Shown: positions 1 to 10,485 of the stretch, in pieces
Numbering within the stretch: position 1 is the first letter of the stretch
Layout: the number at the start of each line of letters is the position of its first letter
Made by a program: the position numbers and the translations under genes
Assembly: GCF_000196355.1 (NCBI RefSeq)
Contig: NC_007614.1
Location: forward strand, 420,001-452,000
DNA: 32,000 bases
DNA from: Nitrosospira multiformis ATCC 25196
GTDB lineage: Bacteria > Pseudomonadota > Gammaproteobacteria > Burkholderiales > Nitrosomonadaceae
Direction: 5' to 3'
Notes under the pieces: generated by a model
The model's input: only the letters and a program-made list of their open reading frames with translations
The model's database searches: none
What the model was told of the DNA's origin: nothing

Positions 1-127
1 TCTGAAGGACAATTGCCAAGCCTGGGAAATGGACAGCGAGGGTCGTTATCATCTGAGGCAGTCCGGTCAGCGCAAGAAGCAAAGTGCTCAGGAGACGCTG
101 CTGATGGAACTGGCCGCCGCGCAATAG
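1..127 (+). CDS. ppk1: 3' end of probable polyphosphate kinase 1 (5'-truncated by window edge)
   Basis: Open frame from nt 2 to TAG at 125-127 (not in the ORF track) translates to LKDNCQAWEMDSEGRYHLRQSGQRKKQSAQETLLMELAAAQ*, which resembles the Ppk1 C-terminus (DN..AW....G.Y...SAQ..LL..L). Next gene is CYTH/CHAD, a common polyphosphate-related neighbour. Confidence 0.7.
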   Translation, partial: LKDNCQAWEMDSEGRYHLRQSGQRKKQSAQETLLMELAAAQ

Positions 128-198
128 AGGCGGTAGTTCTCAGGAATTTGGCGTTATGCCCTGGCAGTAAATAGCCGCTCCGATAATCGGAAAAAACC

Positions 199-1758
199 AT
201 GCCGCTCGAAATCGAACTCAAATTAAGATTATCACCCGAGGACGTCGGCCGGCTTCGAGGTGATCCGTTACTGACATCGCTTACTGTCTCCCGCCCCGTT
301 AGCCAGAAACTTTTCACTGCCTATTACGACACACCTGATCTGTATCTTCAGAGGCATCAGATGGCGCTCCGGTTGCGACATATCGGAAGAAAATGGATAC
401 AGTCCATCAAAGGAGGGGGGGAAGCTGCTCTTGGATTGCATCAGCGTCACGAATGGGAATCCATGGTGCCGACAGGGCGACCCGATTTCTCTCAAATAAC
501 CGATCCGTCTCTCATCCGCCTGTTCGACGGTGCCGAATCGCACGGTCAATTATGTGTTCTGTTTACGACCGACTTCCAGCGCAGCAAGCGCGTGTTGCGC
601 CTGGTGGACGGAAGCGAGATCGAATTTTCGCTGGATCGGGGAGTGATCAGAACGCCGGCTGATTTTACCAGCGAGATTTGTGAAATCGAGCTCGAACTGA
701 AGTCGGGAAGTGCGCAGTCGCTATACCAGTTCGCGCTGGATATATTGCACATCGTTCCTTTCAGATTGGAAAACACAAGCAAAGCCGAGCGGGGCTATAG
801 ACTCGTTACCGGCTTCAAACCCACGCCCATCAGGGCGGCAGCTGTTCGACTCGAAACGGAAATGAAATTGGGCGAAGCCATCAAGGTGATCGCTTGGAAT
901 TGCCTGGATCACTTGCATGGCAACGAGGCAGGCATGCTACAACACCAGGATCCGGAGTATCTGCACCAGATGCGCGTGGCATTACGCAGGATACGTACAG
1001 CCCGCCGTGTTTTTGCCCGGGCATTTGCTGCAACCGGGTTTGCTTCTGCCACCTCGGACTTGAAATGGCTATCGCGTTCCCTCGGGGGGGCGCGGGACTG
1101 GGACGTATTCGTATCGGAAACATTAAGCGAAGTGAGGAATTACTTTCATGAGCGCCCCGGTATTTTTGCCTTATGGGAAGAGTGCGAGCAGATACGGCAA
1201 AACCACAATGAGGCGGCATGTGAGGCGGTAGGATCTACCCGATACACGGAGGCAATGCTGAGGCTGGGGGCTTGGCTGAACGCTGAAATCCGGCTTCTGG
1301 CACCTGATTCGCAGCAGAGTGAATTGCGAAAGACTGGGTTGGAATGGCCGGTGAAGAAATTCGCAGACAGTGCGCTGTCGCATGGGCACGAAAAATTGAA
1401 AAAGTATTACAAAAGGGCGGAAGGGCAGAGTTCAGAGGCGGTACATGCCCTGCGCATTGCGGTGAAAGAACAGCGATATACCGCTGAATTTTTCTCAGAC
1501 CTGTATCGCCGAAAAAGGGTGAAGCGCTACATCAAGTCTCTGACTGGGTTGCAGGAAACGCTGGGCGCGGTAATTGATACTACCGTGACCGAACGATTGC
1601 TGAATGAAGTCGGAGTTGCTGAAGGCAGGGACGAGAATGACGGCATGTGCGAGGCAAGGGGTATTGTCCTCGGTTGGACCGTCCAGCGTGGACTGATGAA
1701 AAGAAGTGAGCTTGATGAGATATGGGGGGATTTCGCGAAAAAGGAAGTGTTCTGGTAG
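199..1758 (+). CDS. CYTH and CHAD domain-containing protein (inorganic triphosphatase-like, YgiF family)
   Basis: N-terminal EIELKLR motif (CYTH ExExK), DIEIEL-type acidic strands, and C-terminal CHAD-type His-rich helices (LHQMRVALRRIRTARR, VHALRIAVKEQRY). Confidence 0.85.
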   Translation: MPLEIELKLRLSPEDVGRLRGDPLLTSLTVSRPVSQKLFTAYYDTPDLYLQRHQMALRLRHIGRKWIQSIKGGGEAALGLHQRHEWESMVPTGRPDFSQITDPSLIRLFDGAESHGQLCVLFTTDFQRSKRVLRLVDGSEIEFSLDRGVIRTPADFTSEICEIELELKSGSAQSLYQFALDILHIVPFRLENTSKAERGYRLVTGFKPTPIRAAAVRLETEMKLGEAIKVIAWNCLDHLHGNEAGMLQHQDPEYLHQMRVALRRIRTARRVFARAFAATGFASATSDLKWLSRSLGGARDWDVFVSETLSEVRNYFHERPGIFALWEECEQIRQNHNEAACEAVGSTRYTEAMLRLGAWLNAEIRLLAPDSQQSELRKTGLEWPVKKFADSALSHGHEKLKKYYKRAEGQSSEAVHALRIAVKEQRYTAEFFSDLYRRKRVKRYIKSLTGLQETLGAVIDTTVTERLLNEVGVAEGRDENDGMCEARGIVLGWTVQRGLMKRSELDEIWGDFAKKEVFW

Positions 1759-1862
1759 CCGCCCCAGCCTGCCGGGGTGGTGATTGCAAGTGCAAGATCG
1801 GGGCCAGCCGGCAGCTCTGGAAGTTCGAGCAATTCGACCGGGCACTTTAGCCTCCGGTAATA

Positions 1863-1891
1863 AAAAGGCGAACCGTATCGGCTCGCCTTTT
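1863..1891. terminator. Bidirectional intrinsic terminator between convergent CYTH/CHAD and fba genes
   Basis: AAAAGGCGA-a-CCG-TAT-CGG-c-TCGCCTTTT: 9-bp perfect outer stem, 3-bp inner stem, TAT loop, A-run and T-run flanks usable from both strands. Confidence 0.85.
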
Positions 1892-1964
1892 ATCCCGTTC
1901 GAATTCCAGTTGCTTATAAAACCAGCGCTGGCGGTTGAACTGGTGGAACTGTCAGTTTGCCTGA

Positions 1965-3029
1965 TTACTTGATGACGGCTTTCAATTCCCCCTTCGCGTA
2001 TTTGCCCGCCATGTTGTCCAGAGCAATGGGTTTGATTTTAGCCGCCTGTCCCGCACACCCAAACGCTTCAAAGCGCGCCTTGCAAATGTCCCTGGCTGCG
2101 GCAGTCGCGTCCTTCAGATATTTACGCGGGTCGAATTCGCTCTTGTTCTTGGCAAGATGACGCCGTATCGCACCGGTCATCGCCAATCGGATATCGGTAT
2201 CGATATTGACCTTGCGTACGCCGTATTTGATCCCTTCCTGGATTTCCTCGACTGGAACACCATAGGTTTCTTTCATCTCTCCACCGTATTCACGGATGAT
2301 GTCGAGCCAATCCTGCGGCACGGAGCTGGAGCCATGCATCACCAGATGAGTATTGGGAATGCGGGCATGAATTTCTTTTATGCGCTCGATGGCGAGAATA
2401 TCTCCCGTTGGCTTGCGCGTAAACTTGTAGGCGCCATGAGAAGTGCCGATGGCGATTGCCAATGCATCCACACCCGTTTGCTTGACGAAGTCGGCCGCCT
2501 GTTCCGGATCGGTCAGCAGTTGATCATGGGACAGCTTGCCTTCGGCGCCATGGCCATCTTCCGCTTCACCCATGCCGGATTCCAGAGAACCGAGACACCC
2601 GAGTTCACCCTCGACGGAAACACCCACCGCATGGGCCATTTCCACCACCTTGCCTGTGACTTCAACATTGTATTCATAGGAAGAGGGCGTCTTCGCGTCC
2701 GCTTCAAGGGATCCATCCATCATGACGCTGGAGAAGCCGCTGCGAATGGCATTGACGCAAACCGCGGGCGAAGCGCCATGATCCTGGTGCATGACGATGG
2801 GAATGTGCGGATAGGCCTCTACGGCTGCGGCAATAAGGTGGCGCAGAAAGGGTTCCCCGGCATATTTACGCGCCCCTGCTGAGCCCTGCATGATCACCGG
2901 GCTGTCGCATTCATCCGCAGCCTGCATGATTGCGTGAATCTGCTCCAGATTGTTGACGTTGAAAGCAGGCAGGCCATAGCCATTTTCTGCCGCGTGATCC
3001 AAAAGTTGACGCAATGATACGAGTGCCAT
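1965..3029 (-). CDS. fba: Class II fructose-bisphosphate aldolase
   Basis: 354 aa starting [30 protein letters not shown] with IVMHQDHG and SVEGELG motifs; last gene of the CBB/glycolysis cluster. Confidence 0.95.
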   Translation of the reverse strand: MALVSLRQLLDHAAENGYGLPAFNVNNLEQIHAIMQAADECDSPVIMQGSAGARKYAGEPFLRHLIAAAVEAYPHIPIVMHQDHGASPAVCVNAIRSGFSSVMMDGSLEADAKTPSSYEYNVEVTGKVVEMAHAVGVSVEGELGCLGSLESGMGEAEDGHGAEGKLSHDQLLTDPEQAADFVKQTGVDALAIAIGTSHGAYKFTRKPTGDILAIERIKEIHARIPNTHLVMHGSSSVPQDWLDIIREYGGEMKETYGVPVEEIQEGIKYGVRKVNIDTDIRLAMTGAIRRHLAKNKSEFDPRKYLKDATAAARDICKARFEAFGCAGQAAKIKPIALDNMAGKYAKGELKAVIK

Positions 3030-3111
3030 TAGAACCTCCTCAAAGTTAGAATCAGTGTATATGGTAAAACATCACAGGCAGTGAAAAGATCGAGACGAAT
3101 ATCTGCACTGC

Positions 3112-4566
3112 TCAGGATTCCACCTTCCGTTCCTGTTTTCTGTGCTCGCCGACCTTCACTATTTTCATCGTATTGGTGCCGCCTGCCTTGCCCACCGGTT
3201 CACCGATGGTCATGATCATTAGGTCGCCGTTGCGTACCGCGCCTCGTCTGAGCAACTCGTTTTCGGCATGATTCAGGATGATCTCCGGGTCGTTCGAGCC
3301 TCCGCCGAACTTGACGGGGTACACACCCCGAAATAACGTCATCTTGCGCCGTGTATCTTCCTGGGGACTCAGCGCGAATATGGGTACGGTGGAACTCCTG
3401 CGCGACATCAGCAACACGGTCCTGCCGCTTTGTGTAAGCGCCGCAATGGCCCTGATCTTCAATCCTCCTGCGGTGAACATGGTCGCACGGGCAATTGCTT
3501 CCTCGATATTGTCGGGCAGGCCGCCCTGCAGCCGTCGGTTTTCGCTGCTTACCAGGTATTCCTTTTCCGCCTCCAGGCATACCCTCGCCATCGCCGCAAC
3601 CGCTTCAACGGGATATTGGCCGGTGGCCGATTCCGCTGACAGCATCACCCCATCAGTGCCATCCAATACCGCATTTGCTACATCCGATACCTCCGCGCGG
3701 GTAGGGATGGGACTGCTGACCATGGACTCCATCATCTGGGTAGCTGTTACCACCAGCTTGTTCTTGGTTCGGGCAGTGCGAATCATTCGTTTTTGCAATG
3801 CCGGCACCGCTGCATCGCCTACCTCTACCGCAAGGTCTCCGCGCGCAACCATGATCGCATCGGAAGCCTCCAGAATGTCATCCAGCGCCAGGATGGCTTC
3901 CGATCGTTCGATCTTCGCCATCAATAAGCTTTTTCCGCCCGCCTCGCGCATCACATCGCGTGCCCAGCGCATATCATCGCCAGAACGGGGAAATGATACC
4001 GCCAGATAGTCGGCTTTAAGCGCTGCGGCCGTTCGGATATCTTCCACGTCCTTGCCGGTGAGGGCAGGAGCACTCAGGCCGCCGCCTTTGCGGTTGATTC
4101 CCTTGTTGTTGGACAGTATCCCACCTTGCTCAACCACGCAATAAACCTGGCTTCCCTTGACTTCGGAAACGCCGAGCACGATGCGTCCATCATCCAGGAT
4201 CAGTGTTGCACCGGTCTCGACATCATTGGGCAGTTCCTTGTAATCCAGGCCCACCCGTTCCTGGTTTCCAAGCTCGCATTCGGCGTCGAGTATGAATTGA
4301 TCGCCCGTTTTCAGCAGAATTTTATTATTTTCAAATTTGCCGATTCGAATCTTGGGTCCCTGCAAGTCCGCCAGCACACCTACTGCGTGGCCAGCGGCAC
4401 GTGCGAGGGAGCGCGCCAACTCGGCGCCTTCGATATGCTCTTCCCTGGTCCCATGGGAAAAGTTGATGCGTACTACATCAACGCCGGCGTTTATCATTCG
4501 CTCCAGCACCTTTGCATCTCGGGATGCGGGACCAAGTGTTGCTACGATTTTTGTTCTTCGAATCAT
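3112..4566 (-). CDS. pyk: Pyruvate kinase
   Basis: 484 aa; MIRRTKIVATLGPAS, DVVRINFSHG, MVARGDLAVEV, TATQMMESM, MLSAESATGQYPVEAV. Confidence 0.97.
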   Translation of the reverse strand: MIRRTKIVATLGPASRDAKVLERMINAGVDVVRINFSHGTREEHIEGAELARSLARAAGHAVGVLADLQGPKIRIGKFENNKILLKTGDQFILDAECELGNQERVGLDYKELPNDVETGATLILDDGRIVLGVSEVKGSQVYCVVEQGGILSNNKGINRKGGGLSAPALTGKDVEDIRTAAALKADYLAVSFPRSGDDMRWARDVMREAGGKSLLMAKIERSEAILALDDILEASDAIMVARGDLAVEVGDAAVPALQKRMIRTARTKNKLVVTATQMMESMVSSPIPTRAEVSDVANAVLDGTDGVMLSAESATGQYPVEAVAAMARVCLEAEKEYLVSSENRRLQGGLPDNIEEAIARATMFTAGGLKIRAIAALTQSGRTVLLMSRRSSTVPIFALSPQEDTRRKMTLFRGVYPVKFGGGSNDPEIILNHAENELLRRGAVRNGDLMIMTIGEPVGKAGGTNTMKIVKVGEHRKQERKVES

Positions 4567-4622
4567 TCTGATGAGGGCACGCGTTGAACCGGCATATCAA
4601 GCCGCATATTCGCTACCTGGAC

Positions 4623-5810
4623 CTATCTGCTGCCGGCTGCGCGCTGTTCGAGTATTTCCACGGCAGGTAACTTCTTGCCTTCCAGAAATTCCAGAAAGGC
4701 TCCCCCCGCAGTGGAAATGTAAGAAACCCTGTCATAAATATCGTATTTCTGGATAGCGGCAATGGTATCTCCCCCCCCTGCCAGGGTAAAGGCATCGGTA
4801 TCGGCGATAGCCATGGCAATGGTTTTGGTGCCTTCACCGAATTGATCGAACTCGAACACTCCGACGGGGCCGTTCCATACTACGGTACCGGCTTTCATGA
4901 TGATGTCCGACAACTCGCGGGCACTCTTCGGGCCGATATCGAATATCATATCGTCATCTGTTACCGCATCTGCATTCTTCAATACCGCCGGTTCACTGGC
5001 GTCGAATTTTTTCCCGACGACAACGTCAACGGCAATTGGAATGGTCGCATTCCGCTTTGCCATTTTTTCCATGAGCATTTTGGCGATGGGAACCAGATCA
5101 TCTTCGCACAGGGATTTTCCAACGTTCTGTCCCGCCGCTTTGAGGAAGGTATTGGCGATGCCGCCCCCCACCACCAGTTGATCCACTTTTTCTGACAGGG
5201 ATTCCAGAACGGTCAATTTTGTCGAGACCTTCGAGCCTCCGACGATCGCCACCATGGGGCGGGCTGGATTCAACAACGCCTTGGTCAGCGCGTCCAGCTC
5301 TTCTGTAAGCAGAATGCCCGCGCAGGCAACAGGAGCGTATTTGGCAATGCCATAGGTCGATGCTTCGGCCCGATGCGCTGTGCCAAACGCATCCATCACA
5401 AATACATCGCACAGCTTTGCATATTTCTGGGCCGTTTCATCTGCATTTTTCTTTTCCCCCTTATTGAAGCGGCAATTTTCGAGGATGACCAGTTCGCCTT
5501 CGGCCACGTCGAAGTTGCCGTCCACCCAATCCTTGATCAGGCGCGCCGGCTTGCCGAGACGTTCGGAAATATTGTCGGCTACCGGTTTGAGCGAATTTTC
5601 TTCTGACCATACGCCCTCTTCCGGTCGTCCCAGATGGGAGGTAACCATTACTTTGCCGCCTTGCTTCAGGCAGTAGTCGATGGTACCCATGGAGGCGCTG
5701 ATGCGTGCGTCGGAGGTAACTTTGCCATCTTTCACGGGCACATTGAGGTCGGCGCGGATGAACACGCGCTTGCCTTTCAGATCAAGGTCGGTGACTCTAA
5801 TGACAGACAC
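4623..5810 (-). CDS. pgk: Phosphoglycerate kinase
   Basis: 395 aa; [47 protein letters not shown]. Confidence 0.98.
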   Translation of the reverse strand: MSVIRVTDLDLKGKRVFIRADLNVPVKDGKVTSDARISASMGTIDYCLKQGGKVMVTSHLGRPEEGVWSEENSLKPVADNISERLGKPARLIKDWVDGNFDVAEGELVILENCRFNKGEKKNADETAQKYAKLCDVFVMDAFGTAHRAEASTYGIAKYAPVACAGILLTEELDALTKALLNPARPMVAIVGGSKVSTKLTVLESLSEKVDQLVVGGGIANTFLKAAGQNVGKSLCEDDLVPIAKMLMEKMAKRNATIPIAVDVVVGKKFDASEPAVLKNADAVTDDDMIFDIGPKSARELSDIIMKAGTVVWNGPVGVFEFDQFGEGTKTIAMAIADTDAFTLAGGGDTIAAIQKYDIYDRVSYISTAGGAFLEFLEGKKLPAVEILEQRAAGSR

Positions 5811-5887
5811 TGGGGAACTCCACGTTTTAAGACATAAGGAAGTCTAGGGATTCCTTATGATGAATTGAAGAGAAGGACAGGGATCAG

Positions 5888-5919
5888 GGGGAAGAAAAAC
5901 GATTCCGAGTTTCTTCCCC
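5888..5919 (-). promoter_or_regulatory. Stable intergenic hairpin between gap and pgk (possible mRNA processing/stability element)
   Basis: GGGGAAGAAA (5888-5897) pairs perfectly with TTTCTTCCCC (5910-5919) around a 12-nt loop; no downstream T-run on the transcribed strand. Confidence 0.45.
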
Positions 5920-5940
5920 GTGTGACGAATTGGTCCTCTG

Positions 5941-6945
<1,005 letters not shown>

Positions 6946-6976
6946 TTACACTCCTTGGATAAAAAAAGAACCTCGG

Positions 6977-7000
6977 ACGCGGAGAAAATTTTCTCCGCGT
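6977..7000. promoter_or_regulatory. 24-bp perfect palindrome in the tkt-gap intergenic region
   Basis: ACGCGGAGAAAATTTTCTCCGCGT is its own reverse complement. On the minus strand a T7 run follows about 10 nt later, so it could be an imperfect terminator/attenuator or an operator. Confidence 0.6.
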
Positions 7001-7022
7001 TTCGGCTGGCAATTGGTCAGAA

Positions 7023-9044
7023 TTAAATGACGCTGTTTACCGCCTTTATCACATTCTCTACGGTGATGCCGAAGTGCTTGAACAGCTCTCCAGCCGGCGC
7101 GGACTCGCCGAAGGTATCGATACCGACCACTGCTCCCTCCAGGCCTACATACTTGCGCCAGTAATCCGTCACGCCTGCTTCCACCGCCACGCGCCCTATA
7201 CCCTTGGGGAGCACGCTGCTTTTATAATCGACATCCTGGCGATCGAATACGTTCGTGCAGGGCATCGAAACGACGCGCACATGAATTCCCGTTTCGGCCA
7301 GCGCTTTTTGCGCCATCATCGCCAGGCCGACTTCCGAACCTGTGGCAATGATGACTGCCCGCGGTTGATTGTCGGAGGCTTCCGACAGGATATAGCCGCC
7401 CTTATCGATCAGCTTGATCGTATTCCCTTCGCGTTTCTGAAAGGGAAGGTTCTGGCGGCTGAAAATCAGTGTGGAGGGGCCATCCTTGCGCTCGATTGCC
7501 CGTGCCCAGGCGACGGTCGACTCGACCGTATCGCACGGACGCCACACATCCATGTTGGGGATGTAGCGCAATGTGGCGGTCTGTTCCACCGGCTGGTGGG
7601 TAGGACCATCTTCGCCCAAACCGATGGAATCATGGGTGAATACGAACAGGCAGCGTATTTTCATCAGGGCGGCCATGCGAAGCGCATTCCGCGCATATTC
7701 TGAGAACATGAGGAAAGTGGCGCCGTAAGGAATGATTCCGCCATGCAGCGCCAGCCCGTTCATGATGGCGCTCATGCCGAATTCGCGCACGCCGTAATAT
7801 ACGTAGTTGCCGCCATCCTGCCGGGCGATGCCTTTTGAACCCGACCAGAGGGTAAGGTTCGATCCGGCCAGATCTGCCGAGCCGCCGACCAGTTCCGGCA
7901 ACTTGGGTGCCAGTCCTTCAATCGCATTCTGCGATGCCTTGCGGCTTGCAATGGTTTCTTCCTTTGCATGAACACGTGCAACCAGGCCATCCACGTGCTC
8001 CTGCCACCCCTCCGGCAGTTCACCTGCCATCCGCCGACTGAATTCGGCCGCTTCAGTCGGATATTTCGCAGCGTACTCTGCGAACTTGCGATTCCAGCCG
8101 TCTTCCAGCTTTTGTCCTTTTGCGCGCGCATCCCAGTTCTGGTAGACATCCTCGGGGATCTCGAATGGCAGGTGATTCCACCCGATATGCGGGCGCGCAG
8201 CGGCTATTTCCAAGTCCCCCAGCGCCGCGCCGTGCACCTCGTGAGTATTTGCCTTGTTGGGCGAGCCCATTCCGATCACGGTCTTGCAGCAGATCATGGA
8301 AGGTTTGTCCACGGCCTGCTTGGCAGCTTCGATGGCGGCCTCTATCGCTACCGGATCATGTCCGTTGACATTCGGCACAACATGCCAACCATAGGCTTCG
8401 AAGCGTTTGGGCGTGTCGTCTGTGAACCATCCCTCCACATGCCCATCGATGGAAATGCCGTTGTCGTCATAAAAACAGATCAGCTTGCCCAGCCCCAATG
8501 TGCCTGCAAGCGAGCAGGCCTCATGGGAAATACCCTCCATCAGGCAGCCATCGCCCAGGAATACATAGGTATGGTGATTGACGATATCGAAGCCGGGACG
8601 GTTGAATTCCGAGGCAAGTATTTTCTCTGCCAGAGCCATTCCCACAGCATTGGTGATCCCCTGGCCCAGCGGACCTGTGGTCGTCTCGACGCCGGGTGTA
8701 TAACCATATTCCGGATGGCCGGGAGTCTTGGAATGAAGCTGACGGAAACGCTTGATTTCCTCCATCGGCAAATCGTAGCCCGTGAGGTGCAGCAGGGCGT
8801 AAATGAGCATGGATCCGTGCCCATTGGACAAAACGAAGCGGTCACGGTCGGCCCACTTCGGATTTGCCGGATTATGGCGTAGGTGATGTATCCACAATAC
8901 CTCAGCGATCTCAGCCATGCCCATAGGCATTCCCGGATGGCCCGAGTTGGCTTTTTGCACGGCATCCATCGCCAGTGCACGGATGGCGCTGGTCAGGTTC
9001 TTGAATACCGGCGCTTCAAAATCTCGAAATGTTCCCATGAACAT
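7023..9044 (-). CDS. tkt: Transketolase
   Basis: 673 aa; [47 protein letters not shown]. Confidence 0.97.
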   Translation of the reverse strand: MFMGTFRDFEAPVFKNLTSAIRALAMDAVQKANSGHPGMPMGMAEIAEVLWIHHLRHNPANPKWADRDRFVLSNGHGSMLIYALLHLTGYDLPMEEIKRFRQLHSKTPGHPEYGYTPGVETTTGPLGQGITNAVGMALAEKILASEFNRPGFDIVNHHTYVFLGDGCLMEGISHEACSLAGTLGLGKLICFYDDNGISIDGHVEGWFTDDTPKRFEAYGWHVVPNVNGHDPVAIEAAIEAAKQAVDKPSMICCKTVIGMGSPNKANTHEVHGAALGDLEIAAARPHIGWNHLPFEIPEDVYQNWDARAKGQKLEDGWNRKFAEYAAKYPTEAAEFSRRMAGELPEGWQEHVDGLVARVHAKEETIASRKASQNAIEGLAPKLPELVGGSADLAGSNLTLWSGSKGIARQDGGNYVYYGVREFGMSAIMNGLALHGGIIPYGATFLMFSEYARNALRMAALMKIRCLFVFTHDSIGLGEDGPTHQPVEQTATLRYIPNMDVWRPCDTVESTVAWARAIERKDGPSTLIFSRQNLPFQKREGNTIKLIDKGGYILSEASDNQPRAVIIATGSEVGLAMMAQKALAETGIHVRVVSMPCTNVFDRQDVDYKSSVLPKGIGRVAVEAGVTDYWRKYVGLEGAVVGIDTFGESAPAGELFKHFGITVENVIKAVNSVI

Positions 9045-9076
9045 GAACTCCCTAGCTCAACAATTTATACGCACAC

Positions 9077-9100
9077 AAAAACACCGCTCAAATAGCGGTG
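9077..9100 (-). terminator. Intrinsic terminator of the ntrYX operon
   Basis: Minus strand reads CACCGCT-ATTTG-AGCGGTG followed by TTTTTGTG: 7-bp stem, 5-nt loop, T-run, located just downstream of ntrX. Confidence 0.8.
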
Positions 9101-9177
9101 CGGGTCGGCAAAACCATTATTATCTCTTAAGATAGGATGCCAGACAATATGACAACTCCGATTGTAGAGAATGAATC

Positions 9178-10428
9178 TCAATTCCCGCGCAGCCTGATGC
9201 CGAGCAGTTTGAGCTTGCGGTACAGATGGGTGCGCTCCAGGCCGGCACGTTCCGCCACTCGGGTCATATTGCCGTTTTCCTGTTCGATAAGCTGTTCAAA
9301 ATACGTTTTTTCGAACATGTCCCGCGCTTCACGCAACGGTATGTCGAGCGGGATACCCGCCACTGCCTGTGAAGGCGAGGAAGGGACCAGTATCTGTTTT
9401 ACGTCTTCTGCCGATATTTCATCGCTGGTGCAACTCAGCGCAAGGGTATGCACTGCGCCCGTCAATTGTGCGAGATTTCCGGGCCAGTCGTGATTTCGCA
9501 GGCAGTTGAGGGCAGCGGTGCTGAACTGTCGCAACGGAACGTCTCCTGATTCGATGTAACGCGAGAGTATCTGGGTCGCGAGTTCGGGAATGTCTTCCCG
9601 ATGCTCCCTTAGTGCGGGCACGTTGATGCAAAGTCCGCTCAGCATCTCATACAGCTTGGGGTCGTAGACCCCTTGAGCTGCCAGGCTGGCAAGCGGCGTG
9701 GAGGTCACGCATACGAGCCGGACACTGTATCTTTCCAGCTTGCCCAGCAGCAGCAACAGTCCTTTTTGCGCCAGTTTGTTGAGCTCGTCGATTTCCTTGA
9801 GAAAAAGCAATCCTCCTTTTGCTTGTTCAAGTAACTCAAACGGAGCATTCGACAGGGTGGCGAGAGTATCGGGTTCTACCCAAGGTGTATTTGGCTCGTG
9901 CAGAAAGCGGGCGCACAGATCCACGCCCGTTCCCGGTTCACTTATGAGGAGCACCGGTGCCGTGAGGCTGGCAACCTGTTCCAGCCGTCTTTTCAGGTCT
10001 GTAATCAGCGCCCCTCGTCCCAGGCTTGCCAGGGGAAGTGTCATGCGCGGCTTGGCCTGCCCGCTGCGCAACGCCCGGCCGACTGTGCTCAGCAGTTTTT
10101 GCAGCGGTACCGGTTTCTCGAGATAGGCCGCTGCCCCCATGCGCGTGGCTTCTACCGCTGTGTCGATTGTGCCGTGGCCCGACATCATCACCACCGGCAT
10201 GGTGAGAAGTCCGCTGCTGACCCATTCTTTCAGCAGAGTGATGCCGTCGGTATCCGGCATCCAGATATCCAGCAATACCAGATCGGGGCGAGCCTGTTTC
10301 CGCCATGCGCGCGCCTGTGCGGCATTTTCTGCCAGGGCGACGCGATAACCCTCATCCCGGAGGATTTCGGACAAAAGCTCACGGATGCCGATTTCATCGT
10401 CAACGATCAGTATCGTATTGTTGCTCAT
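9178..10428 (-). CDS. ntrX: NtrX-like response regulator (receiver, degenerate AAA+ domain, Fis-type HTH)
   Basis: Internal ATG at 10428 gives MSNNTILIVDDEIGIRELL..., LLDIWMPDTDG receiver phosphosite and C-terminal VAERAGLERTHLYRKLKLLGI HTH; lies downstream of ntrY. Confidence 0.85.
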   Translation of the reverse strand: MSNNTILIVDDEIGIRELLSEILRDEGYRVALAENAAQARAWRKQARPDLVLLDIWMPDTDGITLLKEWVSSGLLTMPVVMMSGHGTIDTAVEATRMGAAAYLEKPVPLQKLLSTVGRALRSGQAKPRMTLPLASLGRGALITDLKRRLEQVASLTAPVLLISEPGTGVDLCARFLHEPNTPWVEPDTLATLSNAPFELLEQAKGGLLFLKEIDELNKLAQKGLLLLLGKLERYSVRLVCVTSTPLASLAAQGVYDPKLYEMLSGLCINVPALREHREDIPELATQILSRYIESGDVPLRQFSTAALNCLRNHDWPGNLAQLTGAVHTLALSCTSDEISAEDVKQILVPSSPSQAVAGIPLDIPLREARDMFEKTYFEQLIEQENGNMTRVAERAGLERTHLYRKLKLLGIRLRGN

Positions 10429-10485
10429 AATTCCAGGAATAGATTTGCTTGCCACGGAAATGAAATTGAACGTCAAGCTTACCTC

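Noticed and set aside
2157-4009. Long plus-strand ORFs (241 aa and 243 aa) opposite fba and pyk
   Set aside because: Both are fully antisense to confident core metabolic genes and carry no recognisable motif.
7968-8882. 304-aa plus-strand ORF opposite transketolase
   Set aside because: Antisense to intact tkt; composition is typical of a shadow frame.
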